Source: Chrysomallon squamiferum | Taxonomy: Eukaryota; Animalia; Mollusca | DNA length: 64,000 nt | Direction: 5' to 3' | Assembly: GCA_012295275.1 (NCBI GenBank) | Contig: CM022677.1 | Location: forward strand, 806,001-870,000 | Shown: piece after piece, positions 15,001 through 29,426 of the stretch | Layout: each line of letters opens with the position of its first letter | Numbering within the stretch: the first letter of the stretch is position 1 | Made by a program: the position numbers and the translations under genes | Notes under the pieces: model-generated | What the model was told of the DNA's origin: nothing | What the model saw: the letters and a program-made list of their open reading frames with translations, nothing else | Database searches by the model: none

Positions 15001-15420
15001 TAATAATTAGCAGAGATTTTAAAACATGAAAATTAATAACCAGGTGAGGAAGCTAATTTAACAAAAACAAAACCTACAAATAAAGATTAAAAATTAAATT
15101 TAACTGAAAAGATAATTTGCGATATTACAGCCCTGTAATAATAACTGATATTACAAATCTAGATGATGATAATATAAGAAGAAAAAATCATAAGATAAAG
15201 GAAATATAACGATTGTAGCCACAGAAACAAGACTGAAACAATGCTAATGGTGGTATGGAAATAATGAAGTATTCTAAGTTATCAGTATATTTGTATACTA
15301 CAATTACTTTACTTCACTAATTCACTTTTCTTACTCTGTACTGAGAATACATGCAACACAAAAACTGAGAAGAATGTAAATTGATAGTTAAACAACTGAA
15401 TTAATGTGTTTTTTTCATAC

Positions 15421-17120
15421 CTGTTTGTTTAGAAACTTCTCTGTCTGTTCTGCTGTCTGTGTGTGTCCCATTCTGAACTTTAGGTAACAACACTTGTCTG
15501 TTTTGTGCTGTGTGTCTGAGAAAGTAAAAAAACAAACATAAAGAGGTTTAACAAAATATAAATGTAAATTATGAATCAAAAAACAAATCAGCATCTTTGA
15601 AAAATATAATATTATAACCTGATTATTGATAAATATAAATGTTGCTAAAATATACCAAATATGAAATAAAGAAGAAATATTTTATTTAAGAACATAAACA
15701 TCTTGTTTTTACTAGTCCTTTCCATTTTAAAAGCTAAACAACAAAACAGCTAATGAAAAAGAACTAATACCCATTTTAAACAAGAAACTAAAAATCTGTT
15801 TTTAATATAAATCTTTCCACAGAAAACAAAACACATATGTTAGCAATATCAGTCACAGATCAGTGGCTAGATTGGTAAATAACTTTATTAGTCCTCCACG
15901 TAGGACTGACCCTAGAACCCAACAAACTCTAACCACTGAGCCAGTCTATCCATCGCTACAAACTTAACAAAGTGAATAAAGTGAATACTTACAGAGTAGA
16001 GTTTGATTTGTTTAGTTCTGGAGTACTCATGAATCTTCACTCAGTTTTGTGAAAGCTCTTTTGTTGTGTTGCTAATGGTTACTTGGTGTTTTGTGACATC
16101 TGACCTCCCTTTACCACTGTGAGAAGCTGAAATTAGTAAAAATAATAATAAACCTTGCAATATAAACTGTCTGATGTAAGATTTGTAAAATTTAACTGAG
16201 ATGCACTCACTTAAATATTCCTTTAATATTAACTTTCTTTGTTAGTATCTGACTATTATACAAGGATCTTTTAAAACCTGAAATCATCCATTTTAAATAA
16301 AAAAAAGTATTTACATAAGTATACACACTAAAACTGAGTTTTACAAATCCTAATTTTCCAGTACAATAAACTATTTCATAAACTGAAATAATAAAAGATA
16401 TAATACAATTACTTGGAAAGTCAATTTTGTTTAACAAAACTTCTGAATCATAATTAAAAACTCTCACAAAACTTACTTTCTGCTTCCTGCCCATTCAGAA
16501 GCTGTCCTGTCTCTGTCAGTTTTATCATTTGAATCGAGAAGATCAGCTCTGTGAGAAAGGCTGACAGGTTTTCTTGTATGCTATCTCATGTTTACAGATC
16601 AGCTCTGTGAGAAAGGCTGACAGGTTTTCTTGTACGCTATCTCGTGTTTACAGATCAGCTCTGTGAGAAAGGCTGACAGGTTTTCTTGTATGCTATCTCG
16701 TGTTTACAGATCAGCTCTGTGAGAAAGGCTGACAGGTTTTCTTGTATGCTATCTCATGTTTACAGGAGATCAGCTCTGTGAGAAAGGCTGACAGGTTTTC
16801 TTGTACGCTATCTCGTGTTTACAGAAGATCAGCTCTGTGAGAAAGTCTGACAGGTTTTCTTGTATGCTATCTCGTGTTTACAGAAGATCAGCTCTGTGAG
16901 AAAGGCTGACAGGTTTTCTCCTACGCTATCTCATGTTTACAGAAGATCAGCTCTGTGAGAAAGGCTGACAGGTTTTCGTGTACGCTATCTCGTGTTTACA
17001 GAAGATCCTCGTAGGTGAAGTACACAAAGTTGATGGTAAGATGCTGATCACAGAATGTTTTGATGAGGCATAGATTACATAAAGAATTAACTAATCCTAA
17101 CCCATCTTCCTAACATGTAT
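15421..17120 (-). pseudogene. CAMSAP: CAMSAP/patronin-like pseudo-exons (duplicate of 27598-29320)
   Basis: Exon 16477-17120 encodes NSLCNLCLIKTFCDQHL...FTYEDLL*TRDSVQENLSAFLTELIF, like CAMSAP CH-domain DSLYNxxLxxEF...TLEDMLY...NVMVFIAELF. Further AG/GT-bounded exons lie near 15990-16126 and 15421-15515. Confidence 0.7.
16540..17007. repeat. Minisatellite, 8 units of 56/59 bp
   Basis: Unit AGATCAGCTCTGTGAGAAAGGCTGACAGGTTTTCTTGTATGCTATCTCGTGTTTAC(AGA). Confidence 0.97.
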
Positions 17121-17170
17121 CTGAAAAATAAATAAATATTAAATAAACAGTGTTATTTAATAATACGAGA

Positions 17171-17370
17171 NNNNNNNNNNNNNNNNNNNNNNNNNNNNNN
17201 NNNNNNNNNNNNNNNNNNNNNNNNNNNNNNNNNNNNNNNNNNNNNNNNNNNNNNNNNNNNNNNNNNNNNNNNNNNNNNNNNNNNNNNNNNNNNNNNNNNN
17301 NNNNNNNNNNNNNNNNNNNNNNNNNNNNNNNNNNNNNNNNNNNNNNNNNNNNNNNNNNNNNNNNNNNNNN
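17171..17370. other. Assembly gap (200 N)
   Basis: Run of N. Confidence 1.
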
Positions 17371-17650
17371 GAAAAAAAATAGCAATACCCTATATATGGA
17401 CTTCTAAAATATATGGAGCGGCTATCTCTTCTCAGTATGAATAAAATCTGATATCATTTCTGAAATGAGTTTAAACACTTCAAAATAATAAATATATAGT
17501 ACAATTAAAATGTATAAACTATACTTAATTATGTAATAATGTAGATTTTAAAAACAAAATCTGTGCTGAACCTGATTGCATGAAAGAGAAAAAAACAACA
17601 CCAAAAAATAGAAAAATATTAATCTTTATAAATGTCAAAATAGATATCGT

Positions 17651-19015
17651 ACATGGTATGGAGGGAAGGACTGCTCGTTAAATTAATCAACAACAACATC
17701 AAAGGCAACATGTTCAACTTTATCAAAGACTTTATTAACAACAGAACCATAGCAGTCAAAGTAAACTGTCACACCTCAGAGAAAACGACAATCGAAAACG
17801 GCATCCCCCAAGGATCCGTGATCTCGCCAACACTCTTCAACATCTACATCAACGACATCGTCACAGCACTCGACAAACAAGACAACGCCAGAAATCCACC
17901 AAAGGAACCAATAAAAACAGCACACTTTGCAGACGACTGCGCCTTTTGGCGGGCAGGCAGATCGACCGCAGCAATACAGAAACTAATACAAAAAGACTTA
18001 AACAGCATAAACGACTGAGTGTTGAAATGGGGCATAAAGATTTCTCTTTCGAAAACAACATGCCTCCTTTTCAACAAGAAATCAGACAAGAGCAAGATCA
18101 CACTCAACATCGACAACAACGTCGTAACACAAACAAAGACATTCAAATTTCAACTTCCGATGCCACATACACAACATAATTGCATCCTGCAAAAAAACAA
18201 TCAATCTTCTAAAGTTAATTTCCGGAACCAGTTGGGGAGCAAACGAGTCAACGCTGATTTTGATACACAAAGCGTGTATTCTCTCCAAGCTCGACTACGG
18301 AGCCACGGCTTACTCGAATGCTCCCAAACTCTATTTAAAAAAACTAGACACAATTCAATCAAGTGCCCTCAGGGTGATCGGCCACCTGCCAAACACAACA
18401 CCATCCGACAGCCTCCTGTCGGAATACAGAATCCATTAAAATACAGAAGAAAACTGCAGCTACTAAAATACAACCTGAAAATACACACACTCAACACAGA
18501 CCACCCGGTCAAGGACCTGGTCCCCGACCAACAAAGGATAGGACAACTCTTTAAATCGCATAGTTTACTGCTATCGAATTTCCCGACAACAGCTAGCGAA
18601 ATCGAAAGGGAAACAGGAATAGGCGAAATGCCACTGCCGGCATACCACAAAGAAACAAAACCAACAATAAACACACCTTTCCTGATCAAAAGAAAAACTG
18701 ACAAAACAGAGATCCCACCGTTCAAAAAAGCCATTTTTTTGGCAGCTGCAAACGATCACTACAAACAACACACGCACATCTACACTGACGGATCCAAAAA
18801 CCCAGACAACGGGAGAGTAGGATTCGCCTTCATAGCCCAAGATCACACAAACAAACCCACATGCATACAATTCGGCCGTATCAGAAATCACCTTTCGGTG
18901 TATACGGCCGAATTGGTAGCCATCATCAGAGCCATGCTGTGGGTAAAACACAACAACAACAAACACACAGTCATATTCTCGGACAGTCCGTGATCTGATC
19001 TCAATACAGTCCGGA
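17651..19015 (+). mobile_element. LINE family A RT/RNase H fragment (duplicate of 7527-8893)
   Basis: [28 protein letters not shown]. It breaks at the same CAGTCCGGA position as the first copy. Confidence 0.93.
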
Positions 19016-20165
19016 TACAACAAGGTAATAACAACAACAACAAAATCGAAATGAAAATACATTCACCATCGCGCCGTTGTGATCTCGCAATTCAATTTTA
19101 CGTTGGAAGATATATTTTCCAAACCGCACGCACGCACGCACGCACAAACACAGGCACGCAAACACGCACGCACGCACGAACGCACACACACACACAAACA
19201 TAGACACACACACAGACACACAGACACAGACACAAACACACAGACACACACACAGACACACACACACAGACACACAAATAAACACACACACACACACACA
19301 CAGGCGCGAGCTGAAATAACATACGTACACACACAAACAGATATACACTAAATGGTCACTCCAAAAAAAAAAAAAAAAAAAAGTAAAATAAAAATAAATA
19401 AAGAAATATATATATATATATATGTGACGAGAGAAAAGGAAAAAACACATCGGGTTTCATCCGTCCACTGTCACAGCCTTCATTTCCTTACATGGCTTAT
19501 CTCCCTCTAATAATTCTCGTTTCGTGTAGTCGTCGAAATTACCAGAGAAAAATAATGTCTAAATTCGATGCAAAGTTGCCGCCACGTTTGTGTGCTTGAT
19601 TCCAAAAATCATTCTATACGGATTTATTTTGAACTTGGTGCTGCCAAAAAATTGTTGTGTTTCTTTTGGTTTATTTGCTTTTTTTCAACAGGGTTCAATA
19701 CGTTTAATAAATGAGTTAGTTTTGCTGCAGTGAACAAAAAAACGCATGCAAGACTGAGTCCACGGCACCAACGCACACTAGACACACTGTCTGTGGAGTG
19801 GGCTCAATCTTCCATTCGTAAAGATGTTTTCGGACTAACTGCAAGAACATTAACAAGAACAACAACAACAACAACGTGTTTGATCATTTTATAAATTAAA
19901 TCGTAATCGTCGTTATTTTCAATTAAAACAGAATTTAATCATTGTTAATGTTCGAAGAGAACCTGGTCAATTGTAAATGGGTAGGTTATTCGTCAATAGA
20001 TGAGGCAACTGCCGAATTGTCCGTCAGTGACTGAAAATTTGAAAGAAAAAGAAAGAAAGAAAAGAAGAAAAAAAAAATAACAAGAAAGTAAAACGACGAA
20101 CCGACGTCTATTTATCTTCGTTCTTCTTATTGCGTGCGCTGAATAACGACAACGATAACGATGGC

Positions 20166-20206
<41 letters not shown>

Positions 20207-20535
20207 TGATGATGATGATCATAATAAAATCGAAATGAAAATACATTAATTATCCCGCCGTCGTGATCTCGCAATTCAATTTTACGTTGGAAGATACCGT
20301 TTTCGAAGTGGCACGCGCACACACGCACACGCACACACACGCACACGCACACACACAGGCGCGTTCTGAAATAACAAACATACGTACACACACAATCAGA
20401 CATACACAACACGGTCCAAAACCTGCGCCCACGCACACACTCGCTACCGATGTCAATTGGCTCTTGCTGTTGCTCTTAAAATAAGAAAGAAAGAAAGAAA
20501 GAAAAGAAAAGAAAAGAAAAGAAAAGAAAGAGGCG

Positions 20536-20654
20536 CGTCTACGGCACTCGGTGTTCCCAGGCGGTCACCCATCCAAGTACTGTCCGAGCCCTGCGTTGCT
20601 TAACTTCGGTGATCGGACGAGAACCGGTGTTTTCAACGTGGTGTGGCCGTAGAC
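20536..20654 (-). rRNA. 5S ribosomal RNA gene (copy 2)
   Basis: 119-nt canonical 5S on the reverse strand including GGTTCTCGTCCGATCACCGAAGTTAAGC and TGGATGGGTGACCGCCTG. Same upstream TAAATA, with a CTTTT tract downstream. Confidence 0.97.
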
Positions 20655-20728
20655 GATCGCTTTAACGAACCGAGGTCTATTTATCTTTGTTGTTCTTATT
20701 GCGTGCGCTAAATAACGATGACGATGGC

Positions 20729-20768
<40 letters not shown>

Positions 20769-21312
20769 GAAAAAAAGAATAAATAAAATAAAATATGTAA
20801 AACTTAAAATAAAAACATGATAAAAAAAAACAATTAAAAACAATTAAAAAAAATAAATATAAATAAAATAAAAATAATAATAACAATAAAAGAAAAGAAA
20901 AGAAAAAGAAAGAAATAAAAAAAGAAAAATAAAGCGCTGGCAGTATTCGATCTTCTTGTTCTTCTTCTACTCAAAGAAAGAAAGAAAGAAAGAAAGCGCC
21001 ATGCGTGTGTGTGTCACTGTCAATAATTTTTTTGTTTTTTTATTTTTTTTTTTTTTTTTTGTGGAGTCTTTAAGGCGAAATTGACATCGGTAGCAAGTAC
21101 CGAGATCCAGTTTTCTAACGTTCATCTCACCGTTGCCATGGGAATCGATCTCAGCTCAGCTCCGTTCGGCTTCACTCGGGTAAGGTCGGGTCGGGTCAGG
21201 TCGGGTCGGGTCGACTGCACTCCACTCGGCGGACGAGAGAAAAAGAAAAAAGCCGTCGGGCTTCATCCGTCCACTGCCTATTATTATTACTGTTGTTGTT
21301 GTTGTTGTTTGA

Positions 21313-21348
<36 letters not shown>

Positions 21349-21705
21349 TATTATTATTATTTTAAGTTCATTAGTCACTATTTGGGATAAATGATGAAAA
21401 TTCTGTAAATAAGCAATGTGAGAATTCAGCTCAAAGAAAAAGATTTTTACTTATAAAAGTTGAACTTAATAAAAATATAGGTGATGCTCTATAATGGACC
21501 CAGTGTAATTTATACATTCCAGGTTCACTGGTGCCAGCCTTTCCTAGTAATAAAGTATAACAATATTTTGAAAAGTGGGTCTCGGGACTCACTACCGATG
21601 TCAATATCACCTTAAAGACTGTAGAAAAATGAAAAAAAAAAAAAAAAAAAAAAAAAAAATAAATAAATAAACCAAAAAAATAATAATAATAATAATAATA
21701 AAAAA

Positions 21706-21744
<39 letters not shown>

Positions 21745-21897
21745 ACAAATAAATATATGACGAAAGAAAAGGAAAAGAGCCGCCGGGTTTCATCCGTCCA
21801 CTGTCAATTATTATTGTTGTTGTTGTTGTTGTTGTTGTTGTTATTATTGTTGCTGCTGTTGTTTTTATTATCATTATCATCATCATCATTATTATTA

Positions 21898-21929
<32 letters not shown>

Positions 21930-22043
21930 CTCATCCTTCTTATTATTATTAATAGTTTTTGTATGTTTGTTTGTTTGTTTGTTTGTTTATTTATTTATTT
22001 ATTTACTTACTTATTTTCTAAATGACTAAAAAATAAAATAAAA

Positions 22044-22090
<47 letters not shown>

Positions 22091-22976
22091 AATAAATAAA
22101 AAGGAAACATTGAAATTGAAATGCATTAATAATCGCGCCGTCGTGATGTGCCAATTCAGTTTCACATTGGAAGACACCTTTTTCAAACCGACGCACGCAC
22201 GCACGCGTTGAAAATTACACCACTGGCAATTTTTTTCTTAATACAATAACATCAAATTGAGACCTTTTATTCTTTCTTTTTTTTATTACTTATTTATTTG
22301 ATTTCAGTTCTTTAAAGTGCACTAAATTATTATTTTGTTTCCTAGTCGTTTTTGTTTTTAAAGAAATTCTTATTTCTATTATTTTGTTGTTTAGTTTTTG
22401 TTAAATTTAGGGGTTTGTGGGGTGGGATTTTGATTATGTTCTTTATGGTTTGTTTCTTGGGGTTTTCTGAAACACAGTTTGGACATTGTCAACTGTTTAA
22501 AGAAGCAAAAGTTTGATGTGATGGTGTGTTGAGTTTTCCAGTTTGCAGATACTTTAAAGAATGACAAGATATGAATATATATGTCTTTTAAGGCTTGAAA
22601 TTGTCGTATATTTCAGATTGTGACTGTTCTATCTGTGTAGCAGATAATTGAAGATCATTATGAATTCCAGATAACCTCATTATTTACACACACAATTTCT
22701 GTGTTCAAAAAGTTTATTGAGGCCTTGTGTTATATGTTTCTTCAGAATTCAGTTCTAATATCATTTTCATAATCTATGTTGAGACTTTAACTGGAATGCA
22801 CTGAAACTAAAATGATTGTAATCACCAAAAATAACAGTCATTTTATTACTTTCTAATTTAACTACATGTTGTTTTCATACCCTTGTGTTATTGTATTTAC
22901 ATTCATCAAAGGACTGTTTAAAATAAAATAAAAATATTATTTGCTGACAGATTAAACAAATGTTTAAAGGGAACTT

Positions 22977-23027
<51 letters not shown>

Positions 23028-24546
23028 TTGAACATTATTTCAAAGCCATTTACCTACAATAAAAGAAAAAAAACCCAAGCCAACTGTTTGTTATGACAGA
23101 AATTGTTTTACTCACATATTTATGATGCAATATTTTCCATGTAAATATAAAGTTAAAACTGATAACTTTACAGAAATAAATTTATATTCCATTTATTAAA
23201 TATAAATTCTGTATTTCAACTATTTAAATATATATTCATGTGAAATTATGTCGAAATACATGGTTTGAAAAATTTCTGCTTTATTTTGTTATCTTTTTAT
23301 AATCAAAGTAGACCATTCTGAATTAATATATTAAGGTATGCATTATTCATGTGCAAATAGACCAATTCTGATGTACTCTGGTATGAGTTACCTCACTTGC
23401 TCTGTTGGGTTCAATAATGAAAGTTCACACCATGTCTGATTACAGTTCAGTGACATGACATAAATTCTAAATTACTGGGTGCTCAATTTTGAGGGGTTGG
23501 TGTTTCAGAGACCTTTACTTTGTTGTGTTACATCAGTAATCAGGTCCACTGAGGAGGTTTGATCATGGAAACCAAGTTCATCAGATCATCTAAACTCTAC
23601 TCCAGTATATCAAATACCATGTCTGTTGCTAACCTTAATATATTACTACATATCACAAAATGGATATCAAATTTTATTACAGAATGGTTCCTTTTTCTCC
23701 AATTTATTTATTATTATTATTATTTATTTATCATAAGAAGGATGTTGCTTAAATGTGATAGATGCTGTATTTAAATAAAATATTGAATACACTGAATAAG
23801 ATATTTTATTATTATTATTATTTTCTTTTCTTTTTTTCTTTTTTTTTAAAATATAATAATGAATTTAAAAAAAAGTGGAATTAAGTTAAATCTAGGTTTA
23901 CTTAACCATGATTTGCACAAATGGCCTTTGAGGTTCAAGGTATTTGAAAAAAAATAATACAAACAGTATTTATTCACTTTTATTACAAAGTGTCTTGATA
24001 TGGGTGACAAAATGTATAGCAAAGCTACATAATTGTAAATAGAAACAAAAAAATAACATGATACAAATATTACATAATTTATTATATTCTCAACAAGTGT
24101 GACAGTTCATTTAATTTGTACACATATTTGAATTTTTCTGCTGATGATCTGAGACAAAACTGATTCTCTTCAGGAAGCAGCAAAATTTATAAAAAAAACA
24201 CATTCTGAAACATGTTTGTCACTTGTTCTTGCAAAGATCAGTTAAAAAAAAAACTCAGCAACAACAACAAAAAATTTAAATTACAAATTATCTTATTTAT
24301 TTTGGACTGTTGAGTCCTTCTTGCAGAAATTCTAAAAGAAATGCATTGGAATTTCACAGACTTCCAGAGAGAATTTCTTATGAAATTCTTACCTTCACCG
24401 ACTGTAAAATTGTTCAATGTAGAAATGACTATCTACATCATGATACAGAACAACATGGTGGGTGACAGCTGTTTATTGCCTTTAATAGGATCCATCATGC
24501 AAAAAACAAACTAATTATTTAAGTTTATTTCTTTTAAATAATAATA

Positions 24547-24602
<56 letters not shown>

Positions 24603-25037
24603 AAAAAATTTGATTGCTTTCATTTTCTCTCACGGAAAATATTTAAAAATTAAAAAAGAAATTAAATAAATTAAAAATTTGTAAAATTATATAAAAAGTC
24701 ATTATACGATTTTATTGTTTATAAAATAATAATCAAATTCATTTATTAACTACAAAAAGCTTAAAAATTCAGTTCTAGTTATTCAAATCAACTTAGTAAA
24801 TTTTGAAATAAAATTGAACTACATATGGAATGATAAAATAATAAATAAATAAATAAATAAATAATTGATAGCTTCTATTTTTCAAAAGAAATAAAAATTA
24901 AACTAAAGCAAAGTGAAATGATAACAGTAAATAAAGTTTAGCAAAAAAACCCTTAGTTTTACAATTTTTTCATTTCTTATTTATTTATCTTCTTATTCTT
25001 TTTATATTTTTCTTCTTCTTCTTCTTCTTCTTATTAC

Positions 25038-25068
<31 letters not shown>

Positions 25069-27597
25069 CCTTTTTTTTTTTTTTTCTTGGCATGACAATG
25101 CATGTGACGATAAATAAATAAATAAATAAATAAATATATAAATAAATAAATATAAAAATAAATAAATATATAAATAAACAAATAAAGAGTATTTTTTTAT
25201 TATTCGGAGTCAATACATCTACTGGTTATTACACATTTATGTTGAATTGAAAAGGAAAAACAACAGCAAACACTTGATCAGACACTTACTGCTAATGACA
25301 ACATGTCCCATTAACCAACCGGTAACTCTTTGACGTTGTGGTTCTAAAACTTTGCTGGAAATGTTTTCAAACGTTCGTTTCAGCTCGGGCCGGGTCGGCT
25401 GCTGCTGATCAAAAGTAAATGATTATTTCAAATAATTTCACATTTTTCAATGTTCATATTTTTATCATTCAATTTTACAACTCAACATTCATATTTAGAC
25501 TATATATGCTTTGTTACCCACATAATAATAATCTATTTATTGCTAATTAAAGTACATACATTTTTATGTTGACAATTATCAAAAATTTAATGAATTGATC
25601 TTTGTTTATATCAATTTCAGTGTTGATAAAATAATAGTAATAGTAATAATAATAATAATAATAATAGTAATAGTAATAATAACAATGTTACTGCATTAAT
25701 GAAGTCACCTTCAAATTTTAAGATGAAATAAAAATGATCAGTTAAGGTGGACACACTTTATAAAAACATGACAGTCACTTAGCAACTTTGTGAACCTTTT
25801 ATAGAAACAGGTCACATTTACTTCACATGAAGAACATGGAAACGATGTGTGATACAACAAATATTACAAGTGTTTCAGTTATTATTTACCAAAACATAAT
25901 AATAGTAAGAAACAAATTTAAACAATGTCTATTTTCTCATAAAAAAAAAATTAATAACAAATAAATTATATGAATGATTTAGCTATGACTTTTTTTTTTT
26001 TTTTTTTTGGAAAGTAACAGAAAGGTTTTTGTTTTTTTTAATCTTGGCATTTTCATGGTAACGGTAATAAAGTAAGAAAAGAAATAGAATATTATCAACA
26101 CAAAAAATTAAAAAAGTTAATATAATAATGAAAATATACATATATTGATAAAACATGTCAGTTAGAATTGTAACGAAGACGACGATGTAAAGAGTCAACT
26201 GCTGCTGTAGCTGCTGATGATGTCAGGATGATAGTGATGTGTGTTGTGAGATCTACGTCTTCCTAATACACTTTCTTTGATGTTGCTGCTGATGATGTCA
26301 GGACAATGGTGATATGTGTTGTGAGATCTACATCTTCTTAATACACTTTCTTTGATGTTGCTATGGTTTCTCAGGCTTCCAGAGAGAATTATTAATAACA
26401 ACAGCATCAATGTTTGCTTGATGTGAAACTTTTAGCCACATAATTATACCTGTGAAAAAAAAAATTATATATCAATTAATTTTTTCGCGGAAATATTTAA
26501 TCTGAAGAGGTCATTTCACTCACATAATTAAGAAAGTATAAAAAAATGAAGAAAATAAAAGAAATTGAAACTAATGTATAAGAAATTATGTATTGATGTT
26601 GTTGTGCAGTAATAACAACAATATAACACTATTATCATTATTAATGAATAAAATTGTACACCTCACATCTACTTGATAGATTTAACTCTCCAACTTCCCT
26701 CTCTCACATATTTCTACAACTTTCTAACAATAAATAACAATTATCTATCAATTAGACAAGATCAGAAAGCTAATTCTCTTATAAAAAATACAAATTTATG
26801 TTGTAATTTGAATAAATTAAAAATAAACAATAATAACAAATACTAATACAATACTGTAGATTAACAACAGAAATTTTTTTAATAAAAATTCATTTATAGA
26901 AACTAAGTATGTCTTTAAAAAAAAAAAAAATAATAAGAACATCAAATATAATGAAAGAATAATCACTGCTAAAGCTTAAAGATCTAAGAAAAACAGATTT
27001 CAATATTTCGGCTACATTTAATTTAGCAATGGCTTCATTTGGTTTAGACAATAATAATTAGCAGACATTTTAAAACATGAAAATTAATAACCAGGTGAGG
27101 AAGCTAATTTAACAAAAACAAAACCTACAAATAAAGATTAAAAATAAAATTTAACTGAAAAGATAATTTGCAATATTACAGCCCTGTAATAATAACTGAT
27201 ATTACAAATCTAGATGATGATAATATAAGAAGAACAAAATCATAAGATAAAGGAAATATAATGATTGTAGACACAGAAACAAGACTGAAACAATGCTAAT
27301 GGAAGTATGGAAATAATGAAGTATTCTAAGTTATCAGTATATTTGTATACTACAATTACTTTACTTATTACTGTATTCTAAGTTATCAGTATATTTGTAT
27401 AGTACAATTACTTTACTTATTATTGTATTCTAAGTTATCAGTATATTTATATACTACAATTACTTTACTTATTATTGTAGACTTTCCTTGTACTAATCTG
27501 CTTTTCTTACTCTGTATTGAGAATGCAAAAACACAAAAACTGAGAAGAATGTAAATTGATAGTTAAACAACTGAATTAATGTGTGATTTTTTCATAC

Positions 27598-29363
27598 CTG
27601 TTTGTTTAGAAACTTCTCTGTCTGTTCTGCTGTCTGTGTGTGTCCCATTCTGATGTTTAGGTAACAACACTTGTCTGTTTTGTGCTGTGTGTCTGAGAAA
27701 GTAAAAAAACAAACACAAAGAGGTTTTAACAAAATATAAATGTAAATTATGAATCAAAAAACAAATCAGCATCTTTGAAAAATATAATATTATAACCTGA
27801 TTATTGATAAATATAAATATTTTATTTAAGAACATAAATATCTTGTTTTTACTAGTCCTTTCCATTTTAAAAGCTAAACAACAAAACAGCTAATGAAAAA
27901 GAACTGATACCCATTTTAAACAAGAAACTAAAAATCTGTTTTTAATATAAATCTTTCTACAGATAACAAAACACACATGTTAGCAATATCAGTCACAGAT
28001 CAGTGGCTAGATTGGTAAATCACTTTATTAGTCCTCCATGTAGGACTGACCCTAGAACCCAACAAACTTTAACCACTGAGCCAGTCTATCCATCGCTACA
28101 AAATTTAACAAAGTGAATTAAGTGAATACTTACAGAGTAGAGTTTGATTTGTTTAGTTCTGGAGTACTCATGAATCTTCACTCAGTTTTGTGAAAGCTCT
28201 TTTGTTGTGTTGCTAATGGTTACTTGGTGTTTTGTGACATCTGACCTCCCATTACCACTGTGAGAAGCTGAAATTAGTAAAAATAATAATAAACCTTGCA
28301 ATATAAACTGTCTGATGTAAGATTTGTAAAATTTAACTGAGATGCACTCACTTAAATATTCCTTTAATATTAACTTTCTTTGTTAGTATCTGACTATTAT
28401 ACAAGGATCTTTTAAAACCTGAAATCATTCATTTTAAATAAAAAAAAGTATTTACATAAGTATACACACTAAAACTGAGTTTTACAAATCCTAATTTTCC
28501 AGTACAATAAACTATTTCATAAACTGAAATAATAAAAGATATAATACAATTACTTGGAAAGTCAATTTTGTTTAACAAAACTTCTGAATCATAATTAAAA
28601 ACTCTCACAAAACTTACTTTCTGCTTCCTGCCCATTCAGAAGCTGTCCTGTCTCTGTCAGTTTTATCATTTGAATCGAGAAGATCAGCTCTGTGAGAAAG
28701 GCTGACAGGTTTTCTTGTATGCTATCTCGTGTTTACAGAAGATCAGCTCTGTGAGAAAGGCTGACAGGTTTTCTTGTATGCTATCTCGTGTGTACAGATC
28801 AGCTCTGTGAGAAAGGCTGACAGGTTTTCTTGTATGCTATCTCGTGTTTACAGATCAGCTCTGTGAGAAAGGCTGACAGGTTTTCTTGTATGCTATCTCG
28901 TGTTTACAGATCAGCTCTGTGAGAAAGGCTGACAGGTTTTCTTGTATGCTATCTCGTGTTTACAGAAGATCAGCTCTGTGAGAAAGGCTGACAGGTTTTC
29001 TCCTACGCTATCTCATGTTTACAGAAGATCATCTCTGTGAGAAAGGCTGACAGGTTTTCTTGTATGCTATCTCGTGTGTACAGAAGATCAGCTCTGTGAG
29101 AAAGGCTCACAGGGTTTCTTGTATGCTATCTCATGTTTACAGAAGATCAGCTCTGTGAGAAAGGCTGACAGGTTTTCTTGTACGCTATCTCGTGTTTACA
29201 GGAGATCCTCGTAGGTGAAGTACACAAAGTTGATGGTAAGATGCTGATCACAGAATGTTTTGATGAGGCATAGATTACATAAAGAATTAACTAATCCTAA
29301 CCCATCTTCCTAACATGTATCTAAAAAATAAATAAATAATAAATAAAGCAATTAGTATTTAAT

Positions 29364-29426
<63 letters not shown>

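Larger units (their letters stand above)
7527..17170 (+). repeat. Segmental/tandem duplication unit 1 (partner 17651-29370)
   Basis: Colinear high identity across the LINE RT/RNase H, 5S gene, spacer modules and CAMSAP exons. Unit 2 has extra segments at about 19050-20230 and 25790-26730. The two units are separated by a gap. Confidence 0.9.

Noticed and set aside
16540-17007. CRISPR-like regular repeats (also 28681-29207 and 56345-56770)
   Set aside because: Head-to-tail units with no unique spacers, no cas genes and a eukaryotic context.
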